Under the pieces are notes generated by a model that searched no databases, had not been told where the DNA came from, and saw only the letters and a program-made list of their open reading frames with translations. Source: Epiperipatus broadwayi (lineage: Eukaryota; Animalia; Onychophora). From it: 64,000 nt of DNA. A program made the translations under genes and the position numbers. The DNA lies in NCBI GenBank assembly GCA_028023455.1, contig JAQFVV010000006.1, forward strand, positions 8,308,001 through 8,372,000. Direction: 5' to 3'. Shown piece by piece: positions 26,291 to 39,970 of the stretch (positions are counted from its first letter, which is position 1; the number at the start of each line of letters is the position of its first letter).

Positions 26291-27500
26291 AAAAAAATTA
26301 TTCTTAGCTTAATTTATGAATAATAATATATAAAAACAATTAGCAGGCTTTCAAATTCACTATTAATAACATTTCCTGTTAATAACTCATTCCTGAATTG
26401 GCCCCCTTAAAAGTCAAATTGTCTCCTTGTGGTGCTTACGCCCCACATTGACAACCACTTACTTTAAAGCTAAAATTGGGAAACAATTGAAAGATAGAAG
26501 TGTTGTGGGTAAATTTGGTTAGTCAAGTGATCTTCCTTAGCAATTAACCAATTGATTACTTTTATGTCGTAATATAAAAAGTTCCCAAGATATTGTTGTG
26601 CTTTACATTCTAGGAGGTAACCAGAATCGAAAATAGTTGAACTCTCCTATATACATGAGCTATCAAGAATTTGTGAAATGATGTTCAAACACTAAGATTT
26701 TTCATTTTTATCACAACAACAAAAAAGGTTTCAACTAACAATTAAATAGCTTTAACTGCGCTTCGGGAGAGAGATTAGAGACAGTGAAATGTTTAATAAA
26801 ATTGATTTGTCATTGAATTAATAAAGCAGTAATGATCGAAAGGTTTATTGACAGAAGTTCATAAAAAGTTTAAGCACTGGAAATGACCCAGCTGGGTGCG
26901 ATACTTAGAGCTCAACGTCCAGAGTTTACCATTTCTCCCATCGCCTCAAACTAAGAAGGGCATTGATAAATTAAAATGCCTACAAATATCTAATTAATAT
27001 GTATGTTATGTTTGAAGTGATTAATTGGTTCGTATTAATAATTACTCGTTATTATTAATAATAACTAATAAGATTAATGGTGTGGTTACTCTGGATTGCA
27101 GACTCCAACCAACAGTAGTAAAAAATATGAATTCTTGAAGTTCACTCAATCTGATTTACTAGTATTAAATATATTTACATAATATATAATCGGCTGCAGA
27201 AAGGAGTTTGCTATTAACTGAAAGGAGACCCTTTGATTCCTCTTGGAGGCCTTAAAGAAACCGAGCAGAGCAAATTTCTAATGTCCACTCCATATGTTCT
27301 TGTCATTGCAGCTGTTATTACTATCTGTTTATTCATATAGTATACAAACATGTATGGGCTGTTGGGTGTGGTGAGTTTATTGGCTTTTTACCTGTGAGTT
27401 TAAGATCAAGAAACATCATGGTCTTTCTTCTCAGTTGCCTGATAAGGCAGAATGAATGTTTGTGTAAATGATAAATATTTTTCCAATACATATATACAAT

Positions 27501-30463
27501 TATGACAGACAAAAATAAAGCATGGCCCTTATTCCCAGGAGGCTGTAAAGTCACCAACCAAGGCAGTGGTTGGTGGCCAAAGGCGGAGGGTGCTAAGAAT
27601 CCCCTGATTGTGGACCCAGGCTGCCATTTGATGATGACTTTTTATTTAGGTACTTACAACTGCAGATCACTTTCAAGTGAAGGAAGATTGCAAGAATTAG
27701 AAGAACTGTCTTATATTAAATGGGACATTATTGGACTTTGTGAAGTTAGAAGAAAAGGTGAAGAGACAATTGATTTAAAAAGTGGACATGTACTCTATTA
27801 TAAAGGCACAAATATTGAAAATACAAGTGGAGTAGGATTCATTATAAATAAAAAGTGGAAGAACAACATTGTGGAGATTGATGGTGTATCGGACAGAGTG
27901 GCAAGATTAGTTATACAACTTAATAGCAGATACCAAATGCAGATAATTCAGGTTTATGCCCCAACAAGTTCTCATAGTGATGAAGTAATAGAAGATTTTT
28001 ATATGGATGTACAAAAGGCTTTTGATCAGAGGAAACAACATTTTAAAATTGTTATGGGAGACTTTAATGCTAGAATTGGTAAACAAATGAAAGATGAAAG
28101 TGCTGTAGGTAATTTTGGTTATGGTAATAGAAATGAGAGAGGACATAGACTTGTGGAGTTTGCAAAAAAAGAAAAACTTTATATTATGAATTCTTTTTTT
28201 GAGAAAAATGTTAAAAGGAAATGGACATGGAAGCATCCAAATGAAGGTACAGCAGAATTGGATTATATTTTGACTAACAGAAAATACATATTTCAAGATT
28301 GTAATGTTCTTAATAAATTTAACACAGGAAGTGATCATCGATTAGTAAGATGTAAGATACGTGTTAATGCAAAACTAGAGAGACAAAAATTATTAAGGAA
28401 AACAATATTTACAGTTGATATTCCTAATCTTCAGAAACATTCTAATGAATTTAAATTAGAACTTACAAATCGGTTTCAAGTATTAGTAGATTTTGAACAT
28501 GATTCAGATTTGAATGAAATTAATATGAAAATAACTGATACACTTTTAAAAACTGCAACAAAGATAGCTGGTAGAAAAAAGCAGCAATTGACCAATAAAA
28601 TTTCTACTGAGACTAGAGAATTTATGAAGAAAAGAAGGAATATGAAGATATACAAAAATGATGCATTTAAAAGGATTGAATATCTCGAATTTTGTAAAAT
28701 GGTGTGGAAAAGAGTTGAAAATGATATAAGAAAGTATAACTGTGAACTAGCAAGGAAAGCTGTAGAAGAAAATAAAAGTCTCAAGAATGTAAAACAACAT
28801 TTTGGTATTGGTAGGAAATTTATATCTGCAATAAGAAAAAAAGATGGAATTATTACTAAAAAGAGAGATGACATCATGAAATGGGTAGAAGACTTTTATC
28901 AAGAATTATATAGTAATAAAGAACAAGTACCTCCTATATCTATTACATCTTCTGAATTGCCCAGAATTTTAAATGAAGAAGTGAGACATGCAATTAAATA
29001 TATGAAGAAAGGAAAGGCTCCAGGTAATGATGGAATTACAATTGATATATTAAAAGAAGCAGGTGAAGAAATAGAAATTTTTTTAGCAAAGTTATATACC
29101 AAATGTCTAAATGATAAAGATGTACCAGATGATTGGAAGAATGCAGTATTAATATTAATATTTAAAAAAGGTGATAAAGAAGATATTAGAAATTACAGAC
29201 CTATCAGCCTTTTATCAGTTTTATACAAAATTTTTACCAAGATAATTACAACTTGTCTACAGAGAACATTGGATTTCCACCAACCAAGAGAACAAGCTGG
29301 ATTTAAAAGTGGTTTTAGTACAGTAGATCATATCCAGGTATTGAGAGAAGTTATAGAAAGGACAAATGAATATGAGTTGCCATTATGTTTTGGATTTGTA
29401 GATTATGAAAAGGCATTTGATTCTATAAACATTTCTTCAGTGATTAAAGCATTGGATCATCAAGGTATAGATCCAGGATATTGTCATATTTTAAAGAATA
29501 TTTATAAAAATGCAACAGCAACAATTAGATTACATAATGATACTGGGAAAGTCAACATTGAGAAGGGTGTAAGACAGGGTGACTCCATATCTCCAAAACT
29601 TTTTACAGCAGTGCTGCAAGAAGTATTTTGTGGATTAAAATGGGAAGCTAAAGGAGTGAAAGTAAATGGAGATTATTTAAGTCATTTAGATTTTGCAGAT
29701 GATGTAGTTGTTTTTGCAAATAATGCTTTAGAGCTGCAGGAAATGTTGCAGGAGTTATCAGATGAAAGTAGGAAAGTAGGACTAAAGATAAATGTTAAAA
29801 AGACTAAAGTAATGTTTAATCGATTTTCTCAAAATGTGAAAATAAAGATTGATTATGATGAGTTAGAAGAAGTTAACAGTTACAAATACCTTGGTCAGAT
29901 TATTAATACAGATGGAAACATAATGGATGAAATTAATCATAGAATTAAACTTGGTTGGAGTGCTTTTGGTAGAAATAACTTGATACTAAAAGGAAATATG
30001 CCTATGTGTTTGAAAAGGAAGGTTTTTAATAAATGTGTTTTACCAGTTCTTACTTATGGATCTGAGACTTGGACACTTAATAGAAGAGCAATACAGAGAC
30101 TTCAGACCACTCAAAGAAGTATGGAGAGATGCATGTTGGGAGTAACAAGAAGAAATCAAAAACGCAATGTATGGGTAAGAGAACAAACGTGTTACTGACC
30201 TCATTGAAAAAATTAAAAGATTGAAGTGGAGTTGGGCTGGACATATTGCTAGAAGAGATGATAATAGATGGACAATTGAAATCTTAAACTGGATTCCAAG
30301 AGATTGTAATAGACCCAGAGAGAGACCACATGTTAGATGGATGGATGAAATAAGAAAGTGTGGAGGAGTGATGTGGAGAAGAGAAGCTAAAGATCGGAAA
30401 AGATGGACTGAACACGGATAGACCTTCATCCTTCAGTGGATTGATAATGGTTGATGATGATGA
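27501..30463 (+). mobile_element. Near-intact RTE-clade LINE lacking most of its 5' UTR
   Basis: APE+RT ORF, (TGA)n tail, candidate TSD atatacaat at 27492-27500 and 30464-30472. Confidence 0.95.
27502..30198 (+). CDS. RTE ORF: apurinic endonuclease + reverse transcriptase (898 aa; frameshift near 30190, C-terminus continues at 30221-30421)
   Basis: APE motifs GTYNCRSL, WDIIGLCEVRR, VYAPT, MGDFNA and SDH; RT motifs NYRPISLL, QAGFKSG, FVDYEKAFDS, GVRQGD and FADD; C-terminal KWSWAGHIARR typical of RTE. Confidence 0.95.
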   Translation: MTDKNKAWPLFPGGCKVTNQGSGWWPKAEGAKNPLIVDPGCHLMMTFYLGTYNCRSLSSEGRLQELEELSYIKWDIIGLCEVRRKGEETIDLKSGHVLYYKGTNIENTSGVGFIINKKWKNNIVEIDGVSDRVARLVIQLNSRYQMQIIQVYAPTSSHSDEVIEDFYMDVQKAFDQRKQHFKIVMGDFNARIGKQMKDESAVGNFGYGNRNERGHRLVEFAKKEKLYIMNSFFEKNVKRKWTWKHPNEGTAELDYILTNRKYIFQDCNVLNKFNTGSDHRLVRCKIRVNAKLERQKLLRKTIFTVDIPNLQKHSNEFKLELTNRFQVLVDFEHDSDLNEINMKITDTLLKTATKIAGRKKQQLTNKISTETREFMKKRRNMKIYKNDAFKRIEYLEFCKMVWKRVENDIRKYNCELARKAVEENKSLKNVKQHFGIGRKFISAIRKKDGIITKKRDDIMKWVEDFYQELYSNKEQVPPISITSSELPRILNEEVRHAIKYMKKGKAPGNDGITIDILKEAGEEIEIFLAKLYTKCLNDKDVPDDWKNAVLILIFKKGDKEDIRNYRPISLLSVLYKIFTKIITTCLQRTLDFHQPREQAGFKSGFSTVDHIQVLREVIERTNEYELPLCFGFVDYEKAFDSINISSVIKALDHQGIDPGYCHILKNIYKNATATIRLHNDTGKVNIEKGVRQGDSISPKLFTAVLQEVFCGLKWEAKGVKVNGDYLSHLDFADDVVVFANNALELQEMLQELSDESRKVGLKINVKKTKVMFNRFSQNVKIKIDYDELEEVNSYKYLGQIINTDGNIMDEINHRIKLGWSAFGRNNLILKGNMPMCLKRKVFNKCVLPVLTYGSETWTLNRRAIQRLQTTQRSMERCMLGVTRRNQKRNVWVREQTCY

Positions 30464-31744
30464 ATATACAATCAATAAATATATTTCCATGTATCTGAAT
30501 TTCCTTATTGCTGGGCAGGTAGTGCCTGAATGAGTGGACTCACTTCCAGCTATATATAATAGTTACCTCAAGAGTTTGTCTGATGACTTCCAGATGTTCT
30601 AGACAGCTTGCCTCAAGTTTGTCAAATGATTCTTCTGACTGTACTAAATAGCTTGTCTTGAGTCGACTCTAGCCTTTGTAACTTCCAGTCCTATTGTGGC
30701 CTTGCCTCACTGCGTAGACTTATAGCGTAATGATAGTAATAGAAACATTCACTGATGGCAGTGGTTTCAATTAGGAGTGTGTTCTGTCATTTAGGTTAGA
30801 GAGATGTTCTCTCCCTTCCCTCCACAAAAGCTGACTCTTTATTGTCAGATCCCCAACCTTATTGGCAGCAATCAAATTCAGAGAGCATCATTGCCTATTG
30901 GCCCGTACTAACCCCTGATTGATATTTATCCACATGTTCACACATTGACCATATGTTTACATTTTGGCCATATGTTTACACAATGGTTATCCACATGTTT
31001 ACACATTAATTGGTGACAATGAGTGCTCAATCCAATCAGATAAGGATGGGATTTGGACTATTATACTTCTAACGCAAGGTGAAATGGTCAAAATGATTCA
31101 TTTTAAAAAATTTGTCACATGAATTGGTACTTTCTCACTATCAAAGGTAAATTTAAGACATGTCAATAAAGTTTGGTTCATGATTGGCAACAGTAAATTT
31201 AATACATTTCAATACTGTTAGGTTTGCAACTGTCAACAGTAAATGTAATACATTTCGATATGTCAGGTTGGAAGTTTCTCCGTATTTCAGAGGTAAGAAA
31301 TCATATCATTATTGTGTTCTGGTTAATCATTCGCTCAGTGCTGATTACTATGTTATTGGAAGAGATTGTTTTTTTATTTATGCCTATCGCTATTATGGCT
31401 GGTGCATTGTTTCTACATTTTCATTAATTTTACATTACCCGTAAGCATAATGGAGCTTTTAGACATAATGAAGAAATGATTTAATGATTAAATGAATAAT
31501 CTGAAATTTAAAAAAAAAACCCAAAAACCATCAGTTATTTAAAAGAGAAGAATATTATTCATTTACACTAAAAGCTAAAGAAAACAAAGAGAAGTTTTCC
31601 AGCCAAATCTCTTGCAGAATACTAATGTTTATCAACGATGTGATATTGTAAAAATTTGGAAGGAGTTGAAAAACTCATCGTACTCATTAAAAATGGAAAT
31701 GAATCAATTATATATTTTACACTTTTTTGAAAGAGAATCTTCAA

Positions 31745-32135
31745 ATGTTATCTATTGAGTGGAAAATCTGAAATTTTCAGATATCTACATGTCTTCAAAG
31801 CCAGCTATCCAACTCAAATAGCTATATGGGGCTGATAGATCTTCAGCCATACCATATATTAGTAGTCTTAGCAATATAAAATTGCATAAGACTTATGGCA
31901 GAGACTATAAATAGTCAAAATAAGAGTCATAGATCACATGACCCTATCTCTTAAGCTTGTAAGTTATAAACAATGAGGATTGTCAATTCCTCTACAAGCT
32001 TTGTGATAAATGCTTAGCCAGAGCCAGCACTTAAAATATCTCTGTCGGGAAGCACTCCCCAAACCCCTAACCATGGTTTTGTGCTTTGGCACTCCTCAGA
32101 GAGGTGTCAGGGTAGGTTCATACATTAGATCTAAA
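31745..32135 (+). mobile_element. Partial copy of the TIR element at 57799 (right TIR missing)
   Basis: High similarity to 57810-58190 (ttatctattgagtggaaaatctgaaattttcaga ... gtagggtaggttca.ac..tagatcta). Confidence 0.85.
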
Positions 32136-32434
32136 AATACCAACCCAAAACCAAGCAATTGATAATGCTGGGTGAAACAGGATGATGAAAGAGCTTAAGG
32201 CAAAGTACAAGACGATTACCATAGAAAATGTTATATTGTATTTAAATCTATAAAAATGTTAAACTTTAACGTAATTAAAGTTTCTCTATTTGTTTTGTAT
32301 TCCTTATTTATATAATTTTATCACAATTTGATAAATAATACAACAATCAATAAATAAAAATCACTAAATATTAAAATTAATAAATAACAAATAATATTAT
32401 AAAATATATATTTTTTTACATTTACCAGACTCCT

Positions 32435-32595
32435 ACTGATAATTATTAATAAATATTCAGCCTATGTGATTTATATATATTATTTATCACTTTGACCACA
32501 AAGGACCATGGTAATTATTAATAATTATCCAGTCAATGTGATTTTTATGCACTTTTTATCACTTTGATCAAAACACCCAGTAACTATTAATAATG
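32435..32595. repeat. Degenerate ~70-bp minisatellite (about 2.3 units)
   Basis: taattattaataa..at.cag....atgtgattt.tat.....tttatcactttga is repeated. Confidence 0.7.
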
Positions 32596-34325
32596 TAACG
32601 GTCAGAATCGTCTATCTCACTAACACACTGCAGAATTCAAACCCCAAACATGAAACTGAACATTCTAGGAGGGGTTGCCTTCTAGATTTACTAAGTTTGA
32701 ATCTAAAGTCCAAAATTTGCAATGCCAACTACGTGATAACGCATCTAATGCTACTACCAGTATAACCTTTTACCGGTGCTTGGTGGTCAGGGAGAAACAA
32801 AGAGACTCTATACTAAGAAAAGTTTGGGTTGCTACGTAACGTCTATGGATGTACAAAAGAAATGTAGAAAATAGATATATAGACTGAGACAGTGATAGGA
32901 ATCAATAAAATAAAATATCAAATTTAGTTTTAAATGATTTCAAAGATTTATTTATATAGAATATATATATATATAACGTCACTGTCTGCTTATATGAGAC
33001 AGAGACGCTTACTAAATAATTGTTGGCATTACATTCCATTAAATGACAAAAAAAAATTTTTTAAAGAAAATACATTCTATCCCTCGGGCTAATAGTATTA
33101 CGATAATGTGCTTAAAAGAGATGGAAACATGTGCGAGGTGCTTTGAGTAATTATAAAAGTTTAATAAAATATTTGAAAATTAAGGGTTATAGAATATTTA
33201 TTGATTTCAAGAATAGCATGGACAAAAGCTTACTAAGCAATAAAGTGGGAATGTGATCAAGGCATTTATTTTAAAATTACAATTAAAGTTACATTGGGCG
33301 GTATTGCTAATAATGAATTTATTAAAGGATGGAGGTTGTGATACATTTAAATCACGGATGCTTTGTAAAAATAAATATATAAATAAAACAATAGTGAATA
33401 TTGAAAATGACTACGGAGGGCATCTCGCCGCTGACCCGTAGGAATGTGTTATCATGGACAGCCAAAACTTAGCAACTGGGTGATGGCAGCATCTAATTCC
33501 CAGGTGTGACATTTGAGTAAACACTCTGCCTGGGAACCGCAGGAAACGAAAAGGGAATGGACTTGGCCGTTTAAAATCCTTGGAAAGAAAAACAAAGTGG
33601 TCTCAACAACCAATTCATTTACCAGCAATACTAGACTAATGTATATAAAACATACAAGATGGATTCACTTAGATTGGGAAAAATGCCCAATCAAATTCCC
33701 AGAAATTCATTTAAAAGGGTCCGCACATTCTCGACGTCAATGACGAACTTTGAAATTAAAGTACAATACAGTATTTAAAATAGGAAAATGCATGCTTGCG
33801 GGTTTGAAAAGAAAGTATAGATTTATTTACGCAATCATGCATTTGTGGCACATTTTAATCATTGACCTCGCATATACTCTCATATTAGGTTAAAATCAAT
33901 AAAATGTAGATTTTAAACTATTTGATTATTATATATATTAAAGAAGATTAGAATAGCCCTCGAACGAATGATTTGCAAGATAATAAAATTGGGAATTATT
34001 TATAAATTTAAAATATGCCTTACTAATGACGTCTTACTTTCAACAAAGGGAATAATTAACTCGGTCAAAGACTATTCTGACACATTATCATAATAAAATA
34101 AAAGAAAGATTAATAAATAGAAAATATTAACCCAAGGATAGAGAGCAAAACTGTTGATTATGTTAGAACACGTTAGAGGCATACATAATAAAGTCAAATG
34201 AAATTAAAAAAACAATTTAAAATAGCTATAGCATGTTAGTTAGGAATCACAAGAGCTCTTGGTTTAATTTGGGTTACCTCTGGAGAAGCATTTGCAGGTA
34301 GATTGATAGTCGGCAGGTTTTATAG

Positions 34326-34477
34326 AATTCAGCAGCAAAATCTGGAATTGTTCATATTTTTGGCAGCAGCAGCTGTTCCGGGGTTCCTTATGTGATAGCT
34401 TTCGATGGTCTAGAGCAGCGGCCGGCCATTCCCGAGAGGAAAATAACCTTCTTGCCGCTCTACTCTGTCATTTCAAG
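34326..34477 (+). CDS. Candidate host-gene exon (NSAAKSGIVHIFGSSSCSGVPYVIAFDGLEQRPAIPERKITFLPLYSVIS)
   Basis: tatag| ... AG|gttagc; GC-rich open frame; phase 0 to 2, matching the exon at 43673. Confidence 0.5.
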
Positions 34478-35559
34478 GTTAGCAATTTTGAAGGTTGGGT
34501 GATTCATAGGTGAAACTGTAAATATGGTCAATTAATTTGGAGATGAAAACTTGGCTTCAAATTTAAGTTCACGGGCATGTAGCTAAAATATCAAGAAAAT
34601 ATTCTTTTGAAATCTTGATCGAAGAATATTTTTACTAGAATCACTTCACTAGAATCATTTCCTTAGCAAATCACCAGAATGAAGAACAAAAGAAAATCCT
34701 CCTTTTTATAATGGAATTGAACAATACAACTGCCCTGGAGCATTACAAAAATATATCGGACTTCGCTTACTTATCAGCTGTAATTAATCCTATCCAAATG
34801 TCTAAAGGAATTCAACAAAATTTTAATTAATTTCTAATGTTAATTTCCTTGTCGACATTCGAATTACAAACTTGATTTATTTAAAATTACTTTTACTGAT
34901 TGAAAGAAAACGTTAAGTGGACATCTGTTTTCTTAGATAATAATTAAAACTCTTGTTCCTACCAGCCCTCATTTATTCTAACAGAAAATATATGGCGTGA
35001 TTTTAAATTCAAAAGAAAATTATTTTACTTTTTAAATTTCAATATTTGAATCTATTTACTTAACAAATATGAATTTTATTTTATATCAAAAATATATAAC
35101 GACTGTAATATATTTTTTAAATAGATTCAAACAAAATAATTTTAACTAACAATTTATAATTTTATCATAAGTTTTAAAATACATATCACGGTGTGTGCGC
35201 AATTATGGCTTATATAACCTACTTTCAAATAAATCTAAATTATGTGAACATATACATAATTCATAACATTTTATTTATTTGGGAATGAGTTATACTTATA
35301 TATAACATGAGCATTGTACTCGTGGTTTAAAATTGGGCGGGATTTTCGGTATATAACGCATTGCAGACACCCTACGATAGATTGGGGTTCAAACTAAGGT
35401 ATGAGAGTAGGAAATAGGTAAGAAAAGGTGAAACAAAGATCTGCAAAGCAGATCTTACTGTTTCAATAATAACCAATTTATTACTGTAACTGTAACATAT
35501 TTATAATAAACTAAATTATAATGGCAATAAAAATATTTAAGATAAAATGGGACTAGTTG

Positions 35560-36650
35560 CATAAAAAGGGAGAGAGGGAAATTAACATGATTAGTCTTGA
35601 CACTTAATTAAAATAGATGGCATTATCATAGAGGTAAGTACAAGTAGATAACAAATATGATGTAGCTAAAATTGTATGGAAGGAAGTAGCAGTAGCAGGG
35701 TTAACATATGATAATGATGTGTTATGTGTTAGTAAATGGGTATTAGATTATTAAGAAAAAGTACAAAGAGAAATAGGAAGGCATGAATTAGATGCAGATG
35801 TGTGGATAGCAAATGAGAAATGGGATGGTCAAGTTTTTATATGAAAGATGCAAAAAGCAAAATGAAAATGTTTGGTAGATTGGAGTTGATGGATAATAAA
35901 ATAATAGCCAAAATAGTATTTGATCAGGTTATGAGTAAAGGGCAAGCAACAAAATGGGTGAGAAACGTAGTATGGCACACAAAAGATTTGGATAAAGAAT
36001 TTGTCAGTATACTTAAACAAAAGGTGGGATGATTATGTTAGGAGAATTGTTGAGCGTTATAGTGGTAAGGAATGGAATAGAAGAATAGATGCATTAATAA
36101 ATAATAGGGAGTTGGAGAACTAGTATGAAGAGAAAAAAGAGTTTAAATATATATAGAAGTAAACAACATAATGAGTGCGAGTTAATTTATAATTGCAAGA
36201 AAAGTAATTTACTGTTTAAGGCTCAAACAAGATCGTAGCAACAAATGATATACACATAAATGGAAAATGTGGGTGATTTAGTTTGCAAGTTGTGTAAGGA
36301 AGGCATAGAAAGTATTAGGCATATGTTAATTAAATGTAAATGCCTGAAAGCAGAAAGGGCACAAATAATGTAGTTGTGGAAGAATAAATATAAACAAAAT
36401 GATTATACAAAAAGTGGGTTATTGGTTTTTATGCAGGGTTTAAGGGGGATTTAGATATAAAGGCCATGGCAAAAATTATGTTGTGGAAATGGGTGGAGCA
36501 GGATACAGAAGAATATGGAAAAACTTAGGTTGGGAATGGAAAGGGAAGGTAAAGTGGATGACAGGTTTCTCTGGGCATAGTGGCTAAGAGATTCCTGACT
36601 CTATATAAGAAGTCACAGTGCATCACATCTCACATCATATCAGTAGAATG
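35560..36650 (+). mobile_element. Degraded non-LTR retrotransposon 3' portion
   Basis: Translates in pieces as VWKEVAVAGLTYDNDVLC, MGWSSF..AKSKMKMFGRLELMD and CKLCKEGIESIRHMLIKC (CX2C...HX4C, zf-RVT-like). Purine-rich sense strand. Confidence 0.65.
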
Positions 36651-37489
36651 TGATTAATCTCTTTGCTCTGTTGAATAGCTAAATAAAAATATTTAAAATT
36701 CCATTATGCACATTAACATTTATATATATATATATATATACACACTTATAAGTAAAAAAAAAAGTCAAAATTAATTCAGAAAATTGTTTAGTTATTTCCA
36801 ATATATAAATTTCAATTTTTAGAGGGAAAAGAAACGGGGATGAACCAGTTGCGATGACTGTTAACATATCTCAGTGACACACAAAAATGATTAGCAAAAT
36901 TTATAAACTTACAATTACTTACCTTTTTAGAAACAGATACCCAACCTACGTCATGATATTTGTACATATAATTTATATTGTATTTCATATATAACATATT
37001 GATGCACTTCATAATATCATGATATTACTTTCATGTAGTCCGCATTCAAACTTGGGCCAAATAAGTTTGAAATATTTTTAACAAGCTTAGGATTTCTCTT
37101 TGAGAAAGCTAGGCTAGGCTAGTTAACCATCTGATATTCATCAGTCAGTGGATATCTAACTATTCCCAACTAAAGAATAAACCAAGAGAGCAGAATCATT
37201 CAAACACTACTGAGCAGTTTGAAAGCCTGCTTAATACTGCATTGTTCCATTATAAAAGAATGGTGAATAGATTTTTATCCAGTAGTGGTTTATTTAAAAG
37301 ACTACTGTTACCTTTTACTACCATATATATAAATGTCAACTGCTGGGGGTCATAATAAATAACATTTTCCTAGAATCATCTATTGACCATTTGATTTCTC
37401 AGACAGCTTAAAAATGTGTGATGGAGACTATTCATACTATTGCTAATCTTTTCAAATGATATCACCTTCTAAATAAAATTAGTCTATGT

Positions 37490-37555
37490 TAGAATATGAC
37501 CCAACAGAACAAATTCAATCTTACTGCTGATGCTTCAAATAGGAGTCCAGGTAAA
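37490..37555 (+). mobile_element. Possible Gypsy RNase H fragment
   Basis: YDPTEQI/LTADAS across a frameshift; very short. Confidence 0.25.
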
Positions 37556-38984
37556 GTATCCACTAGTTTCTTTTCTTCATTGTCCATGAAATGCAACATG
37601 AATTTTTCTATTTTTTTTTCAATGTATGACTTCCGTGCCTAAAGATTCACAGGAAATACCATAGCTTGAATGGTTCCGATCTTTTTTTGATGAATCAAGA
37701 GTAGAACACATTCAATTTGTATTAAGAAAGATGGCAATCAATTATTACACAGATCTCCGATTTTACTATAGCACTCCATTATATTGATTATGGACTTAAC
37801 TTTGGGCAGAGCATTTAATAAATATCATAATAAAAAAGGATATAATTAAGCAGCTACTGAGTCCAGAACCATATTATATAAAAAAAATAATTGTTAAATA
37901 TTTAGCTTGAAATATACATAACTAATATATCACTTTACTTTTGCAGTTATATCCACTCATATATTTTTACACTTAACAGTTTCAACAGTAAAGCAATTTT
38001 CCTCAGAACTACAAATTGTCAGATATCGATGGGGATTTGTTCAAAATACAATAATAATGCTTCTAAACTAGAATAAAAATTTAAAAAATAACTATTATTA
38101 AAATAACAAAATAGCTCAAAAGATATAATCACGAACAAGTGGTTTATATATGATAACTGATGATAAAATAATAATAGGTGCACGAATATATATATACACA
38201 CACAGCATAAAGATTTTAAATTTAAATTATTCTACTAGATAAAAATCTAATTAACAATCACAAAATTGTTGAAAGACAAACCATTGATATAAAATGAAAA
38301 CCACCATTTAATAATTAACTGGATTAGAGTAAATATTCACTTACAATACAAATAAAAGTCAGAGTTAATCAAGCAAACCAGAACATGGAATAGTTAAACA
38401 TTCATACTACACAGGAGTCATCATTTACATCAAATTAGTTTTCATATAAAAGCTAATTTTGTTTGAAGTGAATTTTCAAATAATTTTCTATAAAGAAAAT
38501 TGAACACATTAAGAATGAATGGTTATAGTAAAAATGTTTCAGACGATGAACACTAATTAAAATACACATTTAAATATATATGAAATAAATATAAAGACTG
38601 AACACACAAGTGTGTGAATGTGTGTGTCTGTGGTTATAATCATGTTCAATGATTACTTGCAGAGACGTAAATATAGAGATAATATCATGGATTCAATGCC
38701 TATAGGTATATAACAGCTTCCTATCTGAAGTGAAAGCCTCATCATATTACAACGATATTTTCTTCTTTTCTACAGTATATCAACATTTTACCGGTCTGCT
38801 GCTTTTAGATTATGGCACATTTTTTAACAATATTTTGTACTACAGTGGAACTGCGATATCCACTATATTTTGTTCCAATCCCTCCCCCCTCTTCTGTACA
38901 TAGCATATAACAGCTTACAATAGAATATGTATTGTTTATTGAACTGCAAGAATACCACACTTTTCAAGATGTATATATATATTA

Positions 38985-39970
38985 TGAAACATGTTTTCAG
39001 AAATAACCGTGTTTAATAAAATAAAACTAAAATAAATATACCGATGGTTCGATAAGATAACACTTATCCTCAACTGGCTAAAAAAAAAAAATAATCACAT
39101 TATTGTAGTAGACGAAATTAGATCACGTGGTTGTTGTGATATTTGGTTATTGAATAGTTTGATTTATATTTGGCAGTATTTTTTATATTCATGTGCGTTA
39201 AGAAACTCTTCCAAATAGTTGGCAATTTTATTGTTTTTCATGTTTATTAATGCAATTTGTTTTTTTTTTAAAGTATTTCTATACACTTTCTAAATACTCT
39301 TTGTTTATGGTTATTGCATGTGGATATGATTTTAGTATTTGAAAAATTTATACAATGGCCAGTACTCAAAACCCGGTAAGCAAGTGCTGAATATGTTGCC
39401 ACATTAAAATGCTAATCTCGTCTAGCATTTATACATTGATTGCTCTTTCCTATATATGTAGTTCGTCACATGTCACAAGGAATTTCACAGACTTTTTGGG
39501 CTCCTAGAAGGATTACATCATTAGGTTTGCTAAAACAGATGAGAACATTAATGCAATAAAAAAAAATTCTCAACATCTTCAGCACTTGTTCACCATGTTT
39601 TGGATAATTGTTCGCAATCTAAGTTTCTCAAATATTAAAAATCATATTCACATGCAATAACCATAACCAAAAAATATTTAGTGCAGCTATATAAAATTGC
39701 ATTAATACATGTGATGAAACAATATAAAATTACCAACTGTTTGGAAAAATTTCTTAATGCAAATGACTATAAAAAATTCTGCCAAATATAAATTGAACTA
39801 TTCAATAACCACATGATACGACAACCACACGATACAATTCTACCTACTACAAATCAGGTACTTGTTACTATATTTTTTCCACTCAGTTGACGATGTGTGT
39901 TATCTTATTGAAACATCAGTATATTTATTTGTTTTATGTTATTAAACACAGTTATTCCTGAAAACATATT
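38985..39970. mobile_element. About 1-kb foldback element with ~400-bp degenerate inverted arms
   Basis: For example catgttttcagaaataaccgtgtttaataa versus ttattaaacacagttattcctgaaaacata, and ttattgcatgtggatatgatttt versus aaaatcatattcacatgcaataa. Confidence 0.8.

Noticed and set aside
27510-27610. HDV-like ribozyme at the RTE 5' end (GCTAAGAAT motif, hairpin)
   Set aside because: I could not build the nested double pseudoknot by eye, and the copy appears truncated downstream of where such ribozymes usually lie. An Infernal/RNAMotif search would settle it.
38653-38908. Two-exon mini-gene with a short intron (MFNDYLQRR.../YQHFTGLL...)
   Set aside because: The splice sites look good, but the phase does not fit the neighbouring candidate exons and there is no other support.
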